A stretch of 64,000 nucleotides of DNA from a virus (IMGVR_UViG_3300049020_000031:77501-141500), one strand, 5' to 3'; positions 29,995 through 39,031 are shown, numbered from the stretch's first letter. The notes: a model not told the origin generated them from the letters alone. Numbers and translations: made by a program.

Positions 29995-30275
29995 TCAAAA
30001 GTTCCCAGGAGTCTCAATTGCACCATGGCTGAATCTGAATCGTCAAATGGGCCAATATCAGCAACCTCCCAATCCTTCTGAAGAATTGGGCAAATCCACC
30101 ATTCACCACCTTTTTGCATTACCGTAACTCTCACCCCGTCAATGCGAGTTGCATGAACGGTTGTCCGGTCTTCGCCTATTGACATATAGGCTGCAATATG
30201 TTCGATGTCTATACCACGATGCTTTGGTTTGATTGCATCAAACCTGGTAATTTCTAGATTCATAGTTTCATTCAA
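29991..30275 (-). CDS. Hypothetical protein (GPF paralogue cluster)
   Basis: IGPFDDSDSAMVQLRLLG. Confidence 0.65.
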   Translation of the reverse strand: MNETMNLEITRFDAIKPKHRGIDIEHIAAYMSIGEDRTTVHATRIDGVRVTVMQKGGEWWICPILQKDWEVADIGPFDDSDSAMVQLRLLGTFE

Positions 30276-30534
30276 AGTCCGCGACGACTAGCAAATAGAA
30301 CATCGCTTGATTCCTGGTTGTGAATGGGCCAATACTCGTTTTTTCGTCTTGTGAATCTTCATTCGGAACTAACCACCAACTGTGATCTTCAACATAACAA
30401 ACAGCTACGATTTCTATTTCGTTCAGAAGAGGGTCTTCAGTAAACCAAGCCACTTGGTACCACAGTCTGTTGTTATGAAAACCAAGTGATCTGTTCTCTT
30501 CAACCAAATCGTTTGCTTTGATCTCGATTTTCAT
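30268..30534 (-). CDS. Hypothetical protein (GPF paralogue cluster)
   Basis: IGPFTTRNQAMFYLLV. Confidence 0.65.
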   Translation of the reverse strand: MKIEIKANDLVEENRSLGFHNNRLWYQVAWFTEDPLLNEIEIVAVCYVEDHSWWLVPNEDSQDEKTSIGPFTTRNQAMFYLLVVADFE

Positions 30535-30872
30535 GATCTGTATTTCCGGTCACAAATCAGAAACAACGAAATCATCGCATCATCCAATGAATCAAACGGA
30601 CCAACATCATCAAATATGTCATCATCATTGATCAACTGCGGACCAATGACCCATCCATCTTCAGCAGTAAGGATAACTGTCACCAAGATGCCGTTGATCG
30701 ATGGTTCAAACCAAGTTTTATCGTCATTGAAGAATGACGATCCGATAGCTTGAATCCGGTTATTTCGATGTTTAGGACTGTAACTATTGGTTCGGTGATC
30801 GATACTGCAATTTGGATGGGAGTATTTTGGCAGGGCTTCAGTCATACCACCATTATACGACTGATATGCCAC
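30531..30872 (-). CDS. Hypothetical protein (GPF paralogue cluster)
   Basis: VGPFDSLDDAMISLFL. Confidence 0.65.
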   Translation of the reverse strand: MAYQSYNGGMTEALPKYSHPNCSIDHRTNSYSPKHRNNRIQAIGSSFFNDDKTWFEPSINGILVTVILTAEDGWVIGPQLINDDDIFDDVGPFDSLDDAMISLFLICDRKYRS

Positions 30873-30880
30873 AAATTGTC

Positions 30881-31243
30881 TTAGAACTTACCAGTACGAA
30901 CTATTTCAACGGCCACGATGTAGTTCAAGTGGATGACACCACGAATACCATTCGTTCCCTTGGTAATAATAGTGTCCATGAATTGGCGAATCATGTGATT
31001 CTTGAATGACTGACTGGCACGATCAGTCATTGTCTTTTTTGCCGCATCATTGACGTGTTGGCCTTGATCAATGTGATCAAGAGCGAATTGATACAAGGTG
31101 TCAATTACATCTTGGGAACCAGCAACGACGCCATCACGACCATGACTCATGAACCGAAGGAACCAATGTTCGGTCAGGCCTTCAACCACTTCGTCAAATG
31201 TGCAATTTGCCAAGTTCTTACAATTGATGGCGTGCAGAATCAT
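30881..31243 (-). CDS. Hypothetical protein
   Basis: AAGGAG SD and promoter upstream. Confidence 0.65.
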   Translation of the reverse strand: MILHAINCKNLANCTFDEVVEGLTEHWFLRFMSHGRDGVVAGSQDVIDTLYQFALDHIDQGQHVNDAAKKTMTDRASQSFKNHMIRQFMDTIITKGTNGIRGVIHLNYIVAVEIVRTGKF

Positions 31244-31270
31244 GTATTACTCCTTAGTGGTTTTTCGTTC

Positions 31271-31298
31271 ATTATACGCCAAATGAACGAAAAGTCAA
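31271..31298 (-). promoter_or_regulatory. Sigma70-like promoter with TTCATTTGG in spacer
   Basis: TTGACT-16-TATAAT. Confidence 0.7.
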
Positions 31299-31622
31299 TA
31301 CACGATTGTCGCAATGATGGTGGCGATTACGACTACAATCCAAAAATACGGACTCCGCATAGGAAGAAAATAAAGATGAACTGCTTCCTTGGCACCGTCC
31401 TTAAACGCAATCCATCCTTCACCTAATGTCATTTCTTTCTCCCTATGGTTTTGGCGTATTCGTCTCGTTCCTTCGAGATTTTCGAACAATATCGTTCAGT
31501 AGCTGATTGAATTCGTTTTACGATTTTCTGATTAGTCCATTCAGAATGTTGTGAGATTTCAACTGACGCTTTGATTGTATCATCAAAGGAATCAAGTTTC
31601 TTTTTGGTTCGTCTCACAGACA

Positions 31623-32267
31623 TCAAACTGGATCCACGTAGCCCCTGAACGTCAACGAAATTCTGGGTCCACAAACATGCAGGGATGATTTGGGGATGCG
31701 ATGGTGGTGAGTGTCCTGCATCCCGGGATACATCAAACACAGACTGCCACTTTCCAATGAAACCTTGTCAACCGTGTTGTGAGTTGATGCAAGGGAGTTC
31801 ATTGTCTCACCCAGATTAATATTTCCCTGAATGCCAGTCAGACCATCCAAAACACTCCTCGCAGCGAAGTTTGGATTCTTTCTAAACCAGATTTCACGAG
31901 TGGCGCCCAGACTCACAATTGCGATTGGTCGCTTGTCATCCATTTCCGGACTGTCATCAGCGTGCCATCCCAAGTGGTCAGTGCCGTCCTGATAACCATT
32001 CAAGAAGCACGCCTCGAACGCGCACCCCATTTCATTTTCCAGGAGTGATTTGATGTTCAGAATATCTGCGTGATATGGCTGAACACCGTATTCCCTCACT
32101 CCAGCACCTTTGCCATAAGTGTAGGGGACTTTGACATCATTGCAGTAATATTCACGCCTGGGAGTGTTGCCTACACGAACCCAGGCTAGTTCTTCCCAGA
32201 GTCGATTGAAAACTTCCTGATGATTCACCAACCAGTTTGGCGTGTATTTTACAGGCAAGTCACCCAT
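31623..32267 (-). CDS. AlkB-like 2OG-Fe(II) dioxygenase
   Basis: FLNGY.DG.DHLGWHAD, IAIVSLGATR, H.IPK, RISLTFR. Confidence 0.9.
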   Translation of the reverse strand: MGDLPVKYTPNWLVNHQEVFNRLWEELAWVRVGNTPRREYYCNDVKVPYTYGKGAGVREYGVQPYHADILNIKSLLENEMGCAFEACFLNGYQDGTDHLGWHADDSPEMDDKRPIAIVSLGATREIWFRKNPNFAARSVLDGLTGIQGNINLGETMNSLASTHNTVDKVSLESGSLCLMYPGMQDTHHHRIPKSSLHVCGPRISLTFRGYVDPV

Positions 32268-32276
32268 ACGATTCTC

Positions 32277-32951
32277 CTAGAAATTGTCCCCGAAATGTTT
32301 CCTAACAGTCGAGGAATAAAAGTTACCGAACAGATTCATTGTAGCATGAAACCCAGCTATCAGGAGATCAGTCACTAGATATATCAGGAGAGCAACTGGC
32401 CACCAAACAACCACAAACGCAAGCAAGATCTTGTGGTCTTTTATTGATGGCACCAGCATTTCAACAAGATGTTTCCAATCATTTGGCCGACCTTGATATG
32501 AAACTTTAAACTCTTTCACCAATGAGTCATGCAACTGACGCAGATGATAATGGTATTCAGCGTTGCTGCCAGTTTTGAAATAATCCAAATCAAATTGCTT
32601 TTCCAACAAGTAATTGTTCTGAACCATCAGAAATTTGTTTCTAAAGTCGATGATGAGATTGTTCCAATAATATTTGGAACAAGCCATACCTATGATGAAA
32701 TAAAGTAAGTACCCACCAATGGCTTCCCAGCCATTGAAGGCGTAAAAGAATCTGATTCCGCCACCAACGAACCATAGACCTATTGAACTCCAAATCAGAG
32801 TCCAGAACAAAGGTAAGTTTTGATGATCCTCTTTAACATGACTGATCATGGTGAGGACTGGCCCGACCACCAACAGGGCGATTCCTAGCAGGAATCCGAA
32901 CCAAAATTCACGAAGTAGTTCAGTTCCAATAAAGAACAAAGTATCCATCAC
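32277..32951 (-). CDS. Hypothetical membrane protein (paralogue of 21402-22181)
   Basis: N-terminal TMs, YF.IG..CS.YYW, C-terminal VVWWP. Confidence 0.65.
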   Translation of the reverse strand: MMDTLFFIGTELLREFWFGFLLGIALLVVGPVLTMISHVKEDHQNLPLFWTLIWSSIGLWFVGGGIRFFYAFNGWEAIGGYLLYFIIGMACSKYYWNNLIIDFRNKFLMVQNNYLLEKQFDLDYFKTGSNAEYHYHLRQLHDSLVKEFKVSYQGRPNDWKHLVEMLVPSIKDHKILLAFVVVWWPVALLIYLVTDLLIAGFHATMNLFGNFYSSTVRKHFGDNF

Positions 32952-33292
32952 ATATCCTTGTAGAAGTTTTCATTGTACAGGGATGAAACTCTCCTGTAAC
33001 CACGTTTTTCAAAGAAGTCAATCAAACGTGGTTCAATCACCGACTCCACGAAAATACCCATGTATCCATTGTCTTTGGCGATGACTTCGATATCGTTCAC
33101 CACTGAGGTGAACAAACCTTTTCCACGTTGTGAAAATTTGACTACGATATTTGCGACATCGAGTACATTGTCGATTGGTACACCCTCAACAGCTCGGAAT
33201 GCTTTCCGGAAATAGACTTCAACGTTTCCATCATCACTCAACAACCAAGCGTTTCTTCGCTCTGAAGCCATGAAATCTCGAAGGGCTTCCAT
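32948..33292 (-). CDS. GNAT-family acetyltransferase
   Basis: V...QRGKGLFT and FFEKRGY motifs. Confidence 0.7.
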   Translation of the reverse strand: MEALRDFMASERRNAWLLSDDGNVEVYFRKAFRAVEGVPIDNVLDVANIVVKFSQRGKGLFTSVVNDIEVIAKDNGYMGIFVESVIEPRLIDFFEKRGYRRVSSLYNENFYKDM

Positions 33293-33293
33293 C

Positions 33294-33770
33294 TTAGCAA
33301 GCACCCAAACTTCCATTCAAGTGTGGAATACACCTGGCGTATGGATTAGATGTGACGCCATTAGAAGGAGGATTTGCATTATTCCCTTTTTGTATCTCAA
33401 CTATTCTAGATGGAATAGATTGATTGGTGGTTAACGACGAGCATTTTGCTTTGACTTGCGCCGTCTCCAATGCTTCCATTTCACCCTTTAGGTGAGCGAT
33501 TTCTGCCTCATGATCACCAGACAACTTACTAAACGGAATACCCAATAGAAAAACACCAATGGCATCACCAGTAGCTTTGCCGTCTTGTTCACGACTTAAT
33601 CGCTCTAAACGAATATGAGTTGATAGCTGGCGGGTTATCAATTGATCACATGTTAAATCTGCAAATTTTTCATGCGATACGTATGAAGCATGAATACTAC
33701 CTGGCCTGTTGGCACAGGCCAACAGGAAGAAAGTCGAAACTACGATTGAAATATACTTTAAGTTTTTCAT
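33294..33770 (-). CDS. Putative lipoprotein
   Basis: FFLLA-C lipobox; DAIGVFLLGIP..GDHEAEIAHLKGE. Confidence 0.7.
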   Translation of the reverse strand: MKNLKYISIVVSTFFLLACANRPGSIHASYVSHEKFADLTCDQLITRQLSTHIRLERLSREQDGKATGDAIGVFLLGIPFSKLSGDHEAEIAHLKGEMEALETAQVKAKCSSLTTNQSIPSRIVEIQKGNNANPPSNGVTSNPYARCIPHLNGSLGAC

Positions 33771-34117
33771 TATTGTGGTGGCACCAAGGTCAAGCTAGTT
33801 CCTGATATCAAGTTCAGGAAGCAATCAATGGTATTGTTGGGAAAGTGATATCTAGCCAGTTCATATTGATGCTCGATAGTTTGGGCGAATTTGTCAACTA
33901 CTGCTGAGATGAATGCCACGTCTTCAAACAGGTCGTCGTCAACCATGATGTCGATCTTCGATGCAGCCAACTCACCCGCATCGATCCCAATCAGTTTTTC
34001 TAACCGAGTCTTCAACATGATTCGAGTGAGACCGGAACTAGTGTGATGCAATGGGCCATTTGCAGAATCGAGTTGCTGCAGAATGATCTCTTTGTATTGG
34101 GCGTAGATATCAGACAT
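33770..34117 (-). CDS. Hypothetical protein
   Basis: AAGGA SD, coupled stop/start. Confidence 0.6.
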   Translation of the reverse strand: MSDIYAQYKEIILQQLDSANGPLHHTSSGLTRIMLKTRLEKLIGIDAGELAASKIDIMVDDDLFEDVAFISAVVDKFAQTIEHQYELARYHFPNNTIDCFLNLISGTSLTLVPPQ

Positions 34118-34346
34118 CGGTTTTCCTTTGACTCTCAGTATAACGCCTAAACATTGCCACCTTTCGAAGTCTGGGATAAAGAACTAGAAATCCACTCATG
34201 CCACCATTCACAAACAGATACGAGGCATAAAGATTCCATTTGCCTTGAAAGGTCACGTATTGATACAGCCCAAACAATGACCAAACCCAAACAGAAACGC
34301 CCAGAGCGATCCAGAATCTAATTCTGACGTTTCTGAGCGTGTTCAT
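34110..34346 (-). CDS. Small membrane protein
   Basis: Start MNTLRN just downstream of the tRNA; two TM segments. Confidence 0.55.
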   Translation of the reverse strand: MNTLRNVRIRFWIALGVSVWVWSLFGLYQYVTFQGKWNLYASYLFVNGGMSGFLVLYPRLRKVAMFRRYTESQRKTDV

Positions 34347-34348
34347 AT

Positions 34349-34423
34349 TGGTGACTCCTAGGGGATTCGAACCCCTGCTTCCGGTTTTAGAGACCGCCAC
34401 TCTGGCCGCTGAGTTAAGGAGTC
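34349..34423 (-). tRNA. Amber suppressor tRNA (anticodon CUA), CCA encoded
   Basis: Cloverleaf GACTCCT-TA-ACTC AGCGGCCA GAGT-G-GCGGT CTCTAAA ACCGG-AAGC-AGGGG TTCGAAT CCCCT-AGGAGTC-A-CCA; anticodon at 34388-34390. Confidence 0.92.
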
Positions 34424-34430
34424 AAATCAT

Positions 34431-34652
34431 TTAATTGAGATCAGCATCCTTGCGAAACTGCTCAATACACCATTCGTATGGATCACCATCCCGAGCCTTG
34501 GCTACACCGTAGGGCATTTCCCCATTACCAGTGTAGTAATCGTACAGCCATGTCAAAAATGCTGGGGTGGGATCATGGCCCAAAATCAATTCCTGAATGT
34601 CATCACGGAACAGATGACAGATCTTGTTGAATTCTGGGTTGTTCTTAATCAT
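34431..34652 (-). CDS. Hypothetical phage protein
   Basis: LYDYY...GEMPYGVAKARDGDPYEW motif, which I recall as recurring in large phages. Confidence 0.65.
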   Translation of the reverse strand: MIKNNPEFNKICHLFRDDIQELILGHDPTPAFLTWLYDYYTGNGEMPYGVAKARDGDPYEWCIEQFRKDADLN

Positions 34653-34684
34653 ACATCAAATGATATGGCAAACAATTATCTGAG

Positions 34685-34903
34685 TCAAGCGCTTTTTGTG
34701 ATGCCACCCACCGTACATACGACAGTGGTATCAGAACCAAAAACAGGCGACAGTGGTGTGACGCTTTGATAATGGTAGTCACTGAACGACAGGCAATCAA
34801 TCGTCACTCCCATGGCAAACGATGTGTCCTCGAAGTCAATGATGCAGTTGGACCACAAGGAATTATTTTCATCCTTGGGTTGGGCAGGCTTGACGAGCTT
34901 CAT
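34685..34903 (-). CDS. Hypothetical protein
   Basis: 72 aa ORF. Confidence 0.45.
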   Translation of the reverse strand: MKLVKPAQPKDENNSLWSNCIIDFEDTSFAMGVTIDCLSFSDYHYQSVTPLSPVFGSDTTVVCTVGGITKSA

Positions 34904-34904
34904 A

Positions 34905-35189
34905 TCAAAGTTGCGCGAAAACTACTTTGATATGGGCATCATCTTTCTTGTACCCATCCTTGGGGTTGGGGAAAGATTCCTGACTAGCCTTCACTTCAGT
35001 GATTTTGTCTTCACTGAACAGTCGCCATCCGGAGTGCGCGGGATCATCGCTGATCTGATATCCGCGTAGCTTCGATGCCCCGCTGGAGTCAGTCCCGTAG
35101 GTATGCGGTTCTACCAAACGTTCAGCACCGTTGTATGTGATGCTGATGCGTTTACGACTGTTGATTGATTCCACGATTGTGTTATTCAT
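34905..35189 (-). CDS. Stand-alone WYL-domain protein
   Basis: ISITY....RLVEPHTYG......LRGYQ......WRLF..DKI. Confidence 0.8.
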   Translation of the reverse strand: MNNTIVESINSRKRISITYNGAERLVEPHTYGTDSSGASKLRGYQISDDPAHSGWRLFSEDKITEVKASQESFPNPKDGYKKDDAHIKVVFAQL

Positions 35190-35325
35190 ATAGCCTTTGT
35201 TTTCAGATGGAGTGTCTGGGAGGGCGCGTTCTAAACATGCTGATCATCAACGCTATTGGTACTTCCCGAAGCCATTCTATGTTACAGTTCACACCGCTAC
35301 TTGATTAACGTGTAGCCATATGTAA

Positions 35326-35754
35326 TCAGTGGTTACACTCTCGAATCCACCAAACTATCGTTGCTTTTCTACTGGGTTCTCTTGATCTCTCACGAAAACC
35401 CAAGCTAATTAGAACTTTGACTGACGCCGTATTGTCAGACCAGGAGCCGGCATATACGTCACACTCTATTGAGCTGAGGAACATTTTCCCAGCCTGGACC
35501 GCTATGCCTTTGCGTCTATACGGACCAGCCACCCAGAATCCGAAATTGGATTCATTGTCATATGAAATTGTCCCCACGGGTACGCCATCCAAAAGGATGG
35601 CAGTTTCGCAGTTACAACCTTGAATCCATGAGTCCAGGGTTTCCATTTCCCAAGTAGATGAACCCTGACACCATTTTGAATCTTCCACCGTGTAGTAGGC
35701 GTAAAGATCCAGCGCCAAGCTAGGCGTCATGGGCGTCAGGGTTATCTGATTCAT
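35326..35754 (-). CDS. GNAT (RimJ/RimL-like) acetyltransferase
   Basis: GFWV..PYRRKGIA, N.AS.KVL..LGF. Confidence 0.75.
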   Translation of the reverse strand: MNQITLTPMTPSLALDLYAYYTVEDSKWCQGSSTWEMETLDSWIQGCNCETAILLDGVPVGTISYDNESNFGFWVAGPYRRKGIAVQAGKMFLSSIECDVYAGSWSDNTASVKVLISLGFRERSREPSRKATIVWWIRECNH

Positions 35755-35770
35755 CCGTTGGATGATACAT

Positions 35771-36346
35771 TCATTCCGTAGCTTCGGTGGCTTTCACTTC
35801 GGTAAGAAACGCGGTACCCTCTGCATCAATTCTGAGATCACATCGACGAACTCGAATCGATCCCTTCGTGGATGGGTGACTGGGGTTCTCCCTAGTTGTC
35901 CATGGGGCAGTGGCATCCACGTGATTCACATAGTAGGATTGTCCCTTGGCTTTCACCACCCACATGGGAACCCATGAAAATTCCAAATGCTTCTTGTTGA
36001 AGTGAAACTCAACATTTCGGACATCGTTGAGCTCAAGAGGGAATTGAGCACGATGTTCAGCCATCTCCTTTTTCATGGTGTAGATCTGGGTTGCCCTCTT
36101 CTTGCCTTCATCTCGCACCGTGAGCAGCTTTCTAGCCATAACTCGTTGCTCGCGCAGCTTTCTAGCAATCGAGCCCGCGGCCGGGTTTCTGGCTTTCTCA
36201 GCGAGTACCAGAGAACGCTTTGTTTCTCGGATTCGATTCGAGATCTCACTATAAACTTCACGATACGCTGTCCGCCACTCCAGGTATTCTTCGCGAGTCT
36301 TGAACACTGGTTTCATTCCATATACTGACATTATTTGCTCCCCCAA
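35771..36346 (-). CDS. Hypothetical two-domain phage protein
   Basis: F.TREEYLEWR..Y..IS..IR coiled coil; FHFNKKHL..PMWV.K.KG..YYVNHV. Confidence 0.7.
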   Translation of the reverse strand: MGEQIMSVYGMKPVFKTREEYLEWRTAYREVYSEISNRIRETKRSLVLAEKARNPAAGSIARKLREQRVMARKLLTVRDEGKKRATQIYTMKKEMAEHRAQFPLELNDVRNVEFHFNKKHLEFSWVPMWVVKAKGQSYYVNHVDATAPWTTRENPSHPSTKGSIRVRRCDLRIDAEGTAFLTEVKATEATE

Positions 36347-36603
36347 ATCAATCTAAAAGTTACCGCATCCGTGAGGCCTTCAAAAATTACGCCCACGGTG
36401 TACGAACAATCTGAACCCCAACCAACTTGTTCATAAGAACCCGTACAGTTGTCTCTACACCAATCCTTCACATCCAGCAAAGTGTTTTCAGTGAAGTTGA
36501 TGATCTTGACTAGACTCCAACTATCTGGATACTTTGCCTTGATCGACTCGACGGTGTTGTAATCCTCCCACTCGTCCTCTTCCATGAATTCATCTATATT
36601 CAT
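36331..36603 (-). CDS. Hypothetical protein (C-terminal motif family)
   Basis: VKDWCRDNC.G...VIFEGLTDAVTFRLIWG. Confidence 0.7.
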   Translation of the reverse strand: MNIDEFMEEDEWEDYNTVESIKAKYPDSWSLVKIINFTENTLLDVKDWCRDNCTGSYEQVGWGSDCSYTVGVIFEGLTDAVTFRLIWGSK

Positions 36604-36851
36604 TTCTTCCCCCGTTGTCCATGTTGGGTGATCTCATCACCCCTTGCCAAATAGAATGCAAGTGCATCACGTTCGTCGTTTATTAACCAGAAGTGATAGC
36701 GCTTTTCATCCTTAACTCTTCCCCTACCCTTGTACCAAGTGATCTGAATACCCATTGATTCTGCCAATTCCTTGAAATACGCTTGTGCATCTTTCCAAGT
36801 TGCAATTTGATCCGGAGTAAAGGGTGTTCTAACTACCCATGGATGAATCAT
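36600..36851 (-). CDS. Hypothetical protein (C-terminal motif family)
   Basis: WLINDERDALAFYLARG. Confidence 0.6.
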   Translation of the reverse strand: MIHPWVVRTPFTPDQIATWKDAQAYFKELAESMGIQITWYKGRGRVKDEKRYHFWLINDERDALAFYLARGDEITQHGQRGKK

Positions 36852-37123
36852 TTGTTCACCTCACCGACAATACGTCCACCCATAAGAGCAATGATCATCG
36901 CTTCCTCCTTGGTTTCCACGTAGAAGAAGTGAAACGACAAGTTGACTCCGGGTGATGGATTGGCATCACTGTATCCCAACCAATTACCTGGCGTTGTTTT
37001 ACCATTCGACCACTTGATGCTCTTGCCGCCAAGTTCATAGAATTGACGCATCATTTGTTCTCGCGAGGACCAGAATGATTCCAGGGAGTCGTCATACTGC
37101 AAGCAAACTCTGATTACTGGCAT
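36848..37123 (-). CDS. Hypothetical protein (C-terminal motif family)
   Basis: FYVETKEEAMIIALMGG. Confidence 0.6.
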   Translation of the reverse strand: MPVIRVCLQYDDSLESFWSSREQMMRQFYELGGKSIKWSNGKTTPGNWLGYSDANPSPGVNLSFHFFYVETKEEAMIIALMGGRIVGEVNK

Positions 37124-37542
37124 AGTGAGAACCTCTTGGTGAATGCGCGAACTTCATCCTTGCGAGCTGGGCCGATACCCAGAGCCGTGATGATTGGATC
37201 TCCGGTGAAATGCGGAGGCATGATGTGATGCTCATCGATAATCAATGAACATGGGATGCCAGCTTCCTTCGCAGCCTCGTAGGCTTTCAGGATGGCGTCT
37301 TGGTTCTTAGCTTTGAGGCAAACCTTAGTTCCAATTCCATCGCGCTGGTAGAACTGGTTGATTTCCGGCCTCTTGAGCCCTGAGTCGATGAATGAATTGA
37401 GATAAGCGTGCCCAGCTTGACTGGCGAGTTTGCCAGGGGGCATTGACAAGTCTTCGCGAATGATCGCGTACAGACGATACGGGTCTTCCTCTGATGGGGA
37501 CCGCGAGTGATTGATGTATTGGGAAACCTATTGCTTGTTCAT
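37114..37542 (-). CDS. pth2: Peptidyl-tRNA hydrolase type 2 (Pth2), with in-frame TAG at codon 5 (37528-37530)
   Basis: RLYAIIREDLSMPPGKLASQAGHA, KVCLKA and TALGIGP motifs. GAAAGG SD, then ATG AAC AAG CAA TAG GTT..., in frame with the rest (37542-37449 = 93 nt). Confidence 0.85.
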
Positions 37543-37681
37543 GATATACCTTTCAGTTAGTTGTTGAGGTTCATCCTCGGAATCTATTTAAGCACCGTTT
37601 CATTTTGATCGCAAGAACAATTTTGAATTGTTCGATATGGTCTTTATACTAAGAGTTGGTTATACTAATCAAGTCTTTTAT

Positions 37682-38749
37682 ATGAATGCCATCCAAAAAC
37701 TAAAATCCCTTCCCCATAAAACGTTTGCCCACTTGTTGATACGAGTTCAAAATTCATCCTGGTGGAAAGAATCTCTGATTGCTGAATCCAACAAGATCTC
37801 CAATCAAAGAATTGAAGCAGCACGAGCTCTACTTCCTCAACGATCCGGAGATAACGACTGGACAAATCAGGTCTTTGAAAACCTGGTTGCCTATATGACG
37901 TCAGAACAGGCTCTACATAAAATCCAGGAACCTATCAACCAACACATGTTGAATTTTGGTGCCCTTGTTATCAAGAATTTGACTCCATTGAATCAATTGA
38001 TTCCAATCGTGGCTCTCCACAATCCAGTAAGCAACGCGATGCTCATGAGAGCAAATAATTCTGGAAATACCACTTCAAAATCTTATGAAGTTCTTAAGGT
38101 AGTGGTCGATGCCGTGACTAGAAAACTCAACACCAAGTTGAATAGAGAAGGTTTGATTGATACCGATCTCTCCTACCTTGAAGGATCTGCGCAAGAAGCT
38201 GCCGGTGACATCATGAAACTTGTCATTGATCAACTGAAAATGATCGCAGGAGAACCAGACGTCTTAAACATTGAACAATGGATGAGCGGTGAGGTCGGGA
38301 GCAAGTTGCTTCAGGTTATCGATACCAATGTACAAAGATTGGCGATTGATACTGGTAGAACCCCAACAGTAGTCATTCACACTTCAAAGGAAGTGGCGGA
38401 GATTCTGATTGAACAGAATGCCCTGGACTTGAATGAATATGCCAGCTTGGTGCCAACCAATATGGATTTTGTTGGAAAACTCAAGAGCTCAGGCAACAAA
38501 GTGTATGTCACTCCTCATATTGGTAAGGGTGAAATCCTGATTGCTTACAAGACGTCGTCCAACATGGATTCAGGATGCATTTTCATGCCCTATATGCCAG
38601 TAGTCAAGAGTGGCTTGGTAATGGATCAAGCCACGTTTGTTCCAAGTGAAACCTTTATCACCCGCTATGCACTCGCTAGTGATAAGGATTCAAAGAAGTA
38701 TTACCGACTCATTGACGCATCAAAAGTGCTGTCACATAAATCGGTGTAA
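37682..38749 (+). CDS. Divergent T4 gp23/gp24-family capsid protein paralogue
   Basis: C-terminal ILIAYK...DSG.IFMPYMPV....DQATFVP...FITRYAL matches the gp23 tail motif. Confidence 0.7.
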   Translation: MNAIQKLKSLPHKTFAHLLIRVQNSSWWKESLIAESNKISNQRIEAARALLPQRSGDNDWTNQVFENLVAYMTSEQALHKIQEPINQHMLNFGALVIKNLTPLNQLIPIVALHNPVSNAMLMRANNSGNTTSKSYEVLKVVVDAVTRKLNTKLNREGLIDTDLSYLEGSAQEAAGDIMKLVIDQLKMIAGEPDVLNIEQWMSGEVGSKLLQVIDTNVQRLAIDTGRTPTVVIHTSKEVAEILIEQNALDLNEYASLVPTNMDFVGKLKSSGNKVYVTPHIGKGEILIAYKTSSNMDSGCIFMPYMPVVKSGLVMDQATFVPSETFITRYALASDKDSKKYYRLIDASKVLSHKSV

Positions 38750-39031
38750 CGAATACTTGTTGATGTAGGCGACACTAACCTTCTGGCGACAGAATTTTCT
38801 CTCCCAGAAGGTTATCATGTTTTTGTGAATCTTCTGATTGATAATCGGAGAATGACAAGCATAGGTATGCGCCTTGCTATTGATCCTGATAGCAACAATT
38901 TGATTCAACGGCATGCGGAATTTGTATCCGGGCCCACGAGGTTGAACTGACGACCAACGACGCCCGGGATACAAATAGATTGACGGACCATGGCTCCTAG
39001 CCAGAAAGCGAATGCCTGTTGAATTGTTCAA
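38732..39031 (-). CDS. Hypothetical protein
   Basis: TTG start with GGGGA SD. Confidence 0.4.
   Translation of the reverse strand: MNNSTGIRFLARSHGPSIYLYPGRRWSSVQPRGPGYKFRMPLNQIVAIRINSKAHTYACHSPIINQKIHKNMITFWERKFCRQKVSVAYINKYSLHRFM

Noticed and set aside
34347-34400. N-terminal extension MAVSKTGSRGSNPLG of ORF 34110-34400
   Set aside because: It is the translation of the tRNA gene. The real start is probably the ATG at 34346.
35208-35320. tRNA-like 3' end (CAGACACTCCA), with a similar one near 26087
   Set aside because: No matching 5' acceptor strand or T-arm could be folded.
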